In this document: piece by piece, positions 63,501 through 64,000 of the stretch
Layout: every line of letters begins with the position of its first letter
How positions within the stretch are numbered: the first letter of the stretch is position 1
NCBI GenBank assembly: GCA_002269645.1
Contig: NIVC01000719.1
Span: 176,020 to 240,019, forward strand
Length of the DNA: 64,000 nt
Reading direction: 5' to 3'
DNA from: Macrostomum lignano
Lineage: Eukaryota
Program-made: the position numbers and the translations under genes
The notes under the pieces: model-generated
Database searches by the model: none
What the model saw: the letters and a program-made list of their open reading frames with translations, nothing else
Told to the model about the DNA's origin: nothing

Positions 63501-63948
63501 TCCCAGTGGTGCATGCGACCTCGTGAGTGATCTGCATGTTCTAATGTGACCCAAATGAATCAATCGAACATAAAATCACAAAGCATAAAAAACAGGGCCT
63601 CACCAAACTCTCGCTCAGCGTGGCCAACTGCGCCACCTTGCCAATGTCGCTCAGTTCGCGCACATCTCTAGGCATTCTGGCGCCCTGCTCCTGCCGATAG
63701 AACACCTGATCGATGAGGCGGCCAGTCAGCTGACGCAGTCCAGCCTCCGTGGCCACAGCAGCCGGGTCGGACAGCAGCTGCAGGAGGTCCTTGGACACGG
63801 CGGTGCACAGCTGGTCCTGGGTCAGGGCGGACAGGGCAGACTGGCAGGCCCGGCCGAACTGCTGCAGCAGGTCGTGCCCGATGCGCCAAGCACCGTCCGC
63901 TTGGCCGGGCATGGCTCGGCCGTATCTGGCCAGGTCGGACAGGTACGT
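60548..63948 (-). CDS. EXOC4: Exocyst complex component 4 (Sec8), last three exons; gene continues beyond the right edge
   Basis: Exons 63948-63604, 62087-61920, 61036-60548, all phase 0. LATLSESL|SWL, KCFNVIMIEVCLRASNRL and INPLGVKKIGRNLFEMQR...EAEFARVRELFDLL...EQGPRFSLEEY match the recalled Sec8 C-terminus (ISESGIKKMCRNIFVLQQ...DQGVKYTELEY). Confidence 0.9.
61150..61745. repeat. Compound 6/12/18-bp repeat (CCTGCACCTGGT / CCTGCTCTTGCACCTGTT)
   Basis: Last EXOC4 intron. Confidence 0.95.
62280..63505. repeat. 18-bp minisatellite CTCCCAGTGACTTGTGTT (~65 copies)
   Basis: EXOC4 intron. Confidence 0.98.
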
Positions 63949-64000
63949 CTGGCCAAGATGGGAGAAGGGGAAAATGATGGAGGCATTATTTGGTGCAGTG

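Overview
Eukaryotic (metazoan) genomic DNA: GC-rich, low-complexity exons separated by AT-rich introns, most of which carry their own tandem repeat. The style resembles the flatworm Macrostomum lignano, but that is inference only. Most long ORFs in the supplied track are artefacts of stop-free repeats. I rebuilt seven spliced genes by hand from GT-AG junctions, checking intron phase at each one: GPD2 (-, last exon not found), ZC3H14/Nab2 (+), an NHS/GUK-holder-family WAVE-homology-domain gene with a probable internal promoter (+), a divergent multi-cysteine-cluster Toll-like receptor with a TIR domain plus a second TIR/SEFIR-like domain (-), an unassigned calponin-homology protein head-to-head with it (+), a GPI-anchored Ly6/three-finger protein (-), and the 3' end of EXOC4/Sec8 (-). 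Also present are a 2.0-kb TIR transposon with a perfect 8-bp TSD sitting in the apex of an older foldback element, two MITEs, and about 35 mini/microsatellite arrays. Three microsatellite introns consist almost entirely of splice-signal-like units: (CUAAC)n, (UUUAG)n and an almost adenosine-free (GUCU)n. No tRNA, rRNA or CRISPR array is supported. All family assignments are from recalled motifs, not database searches.
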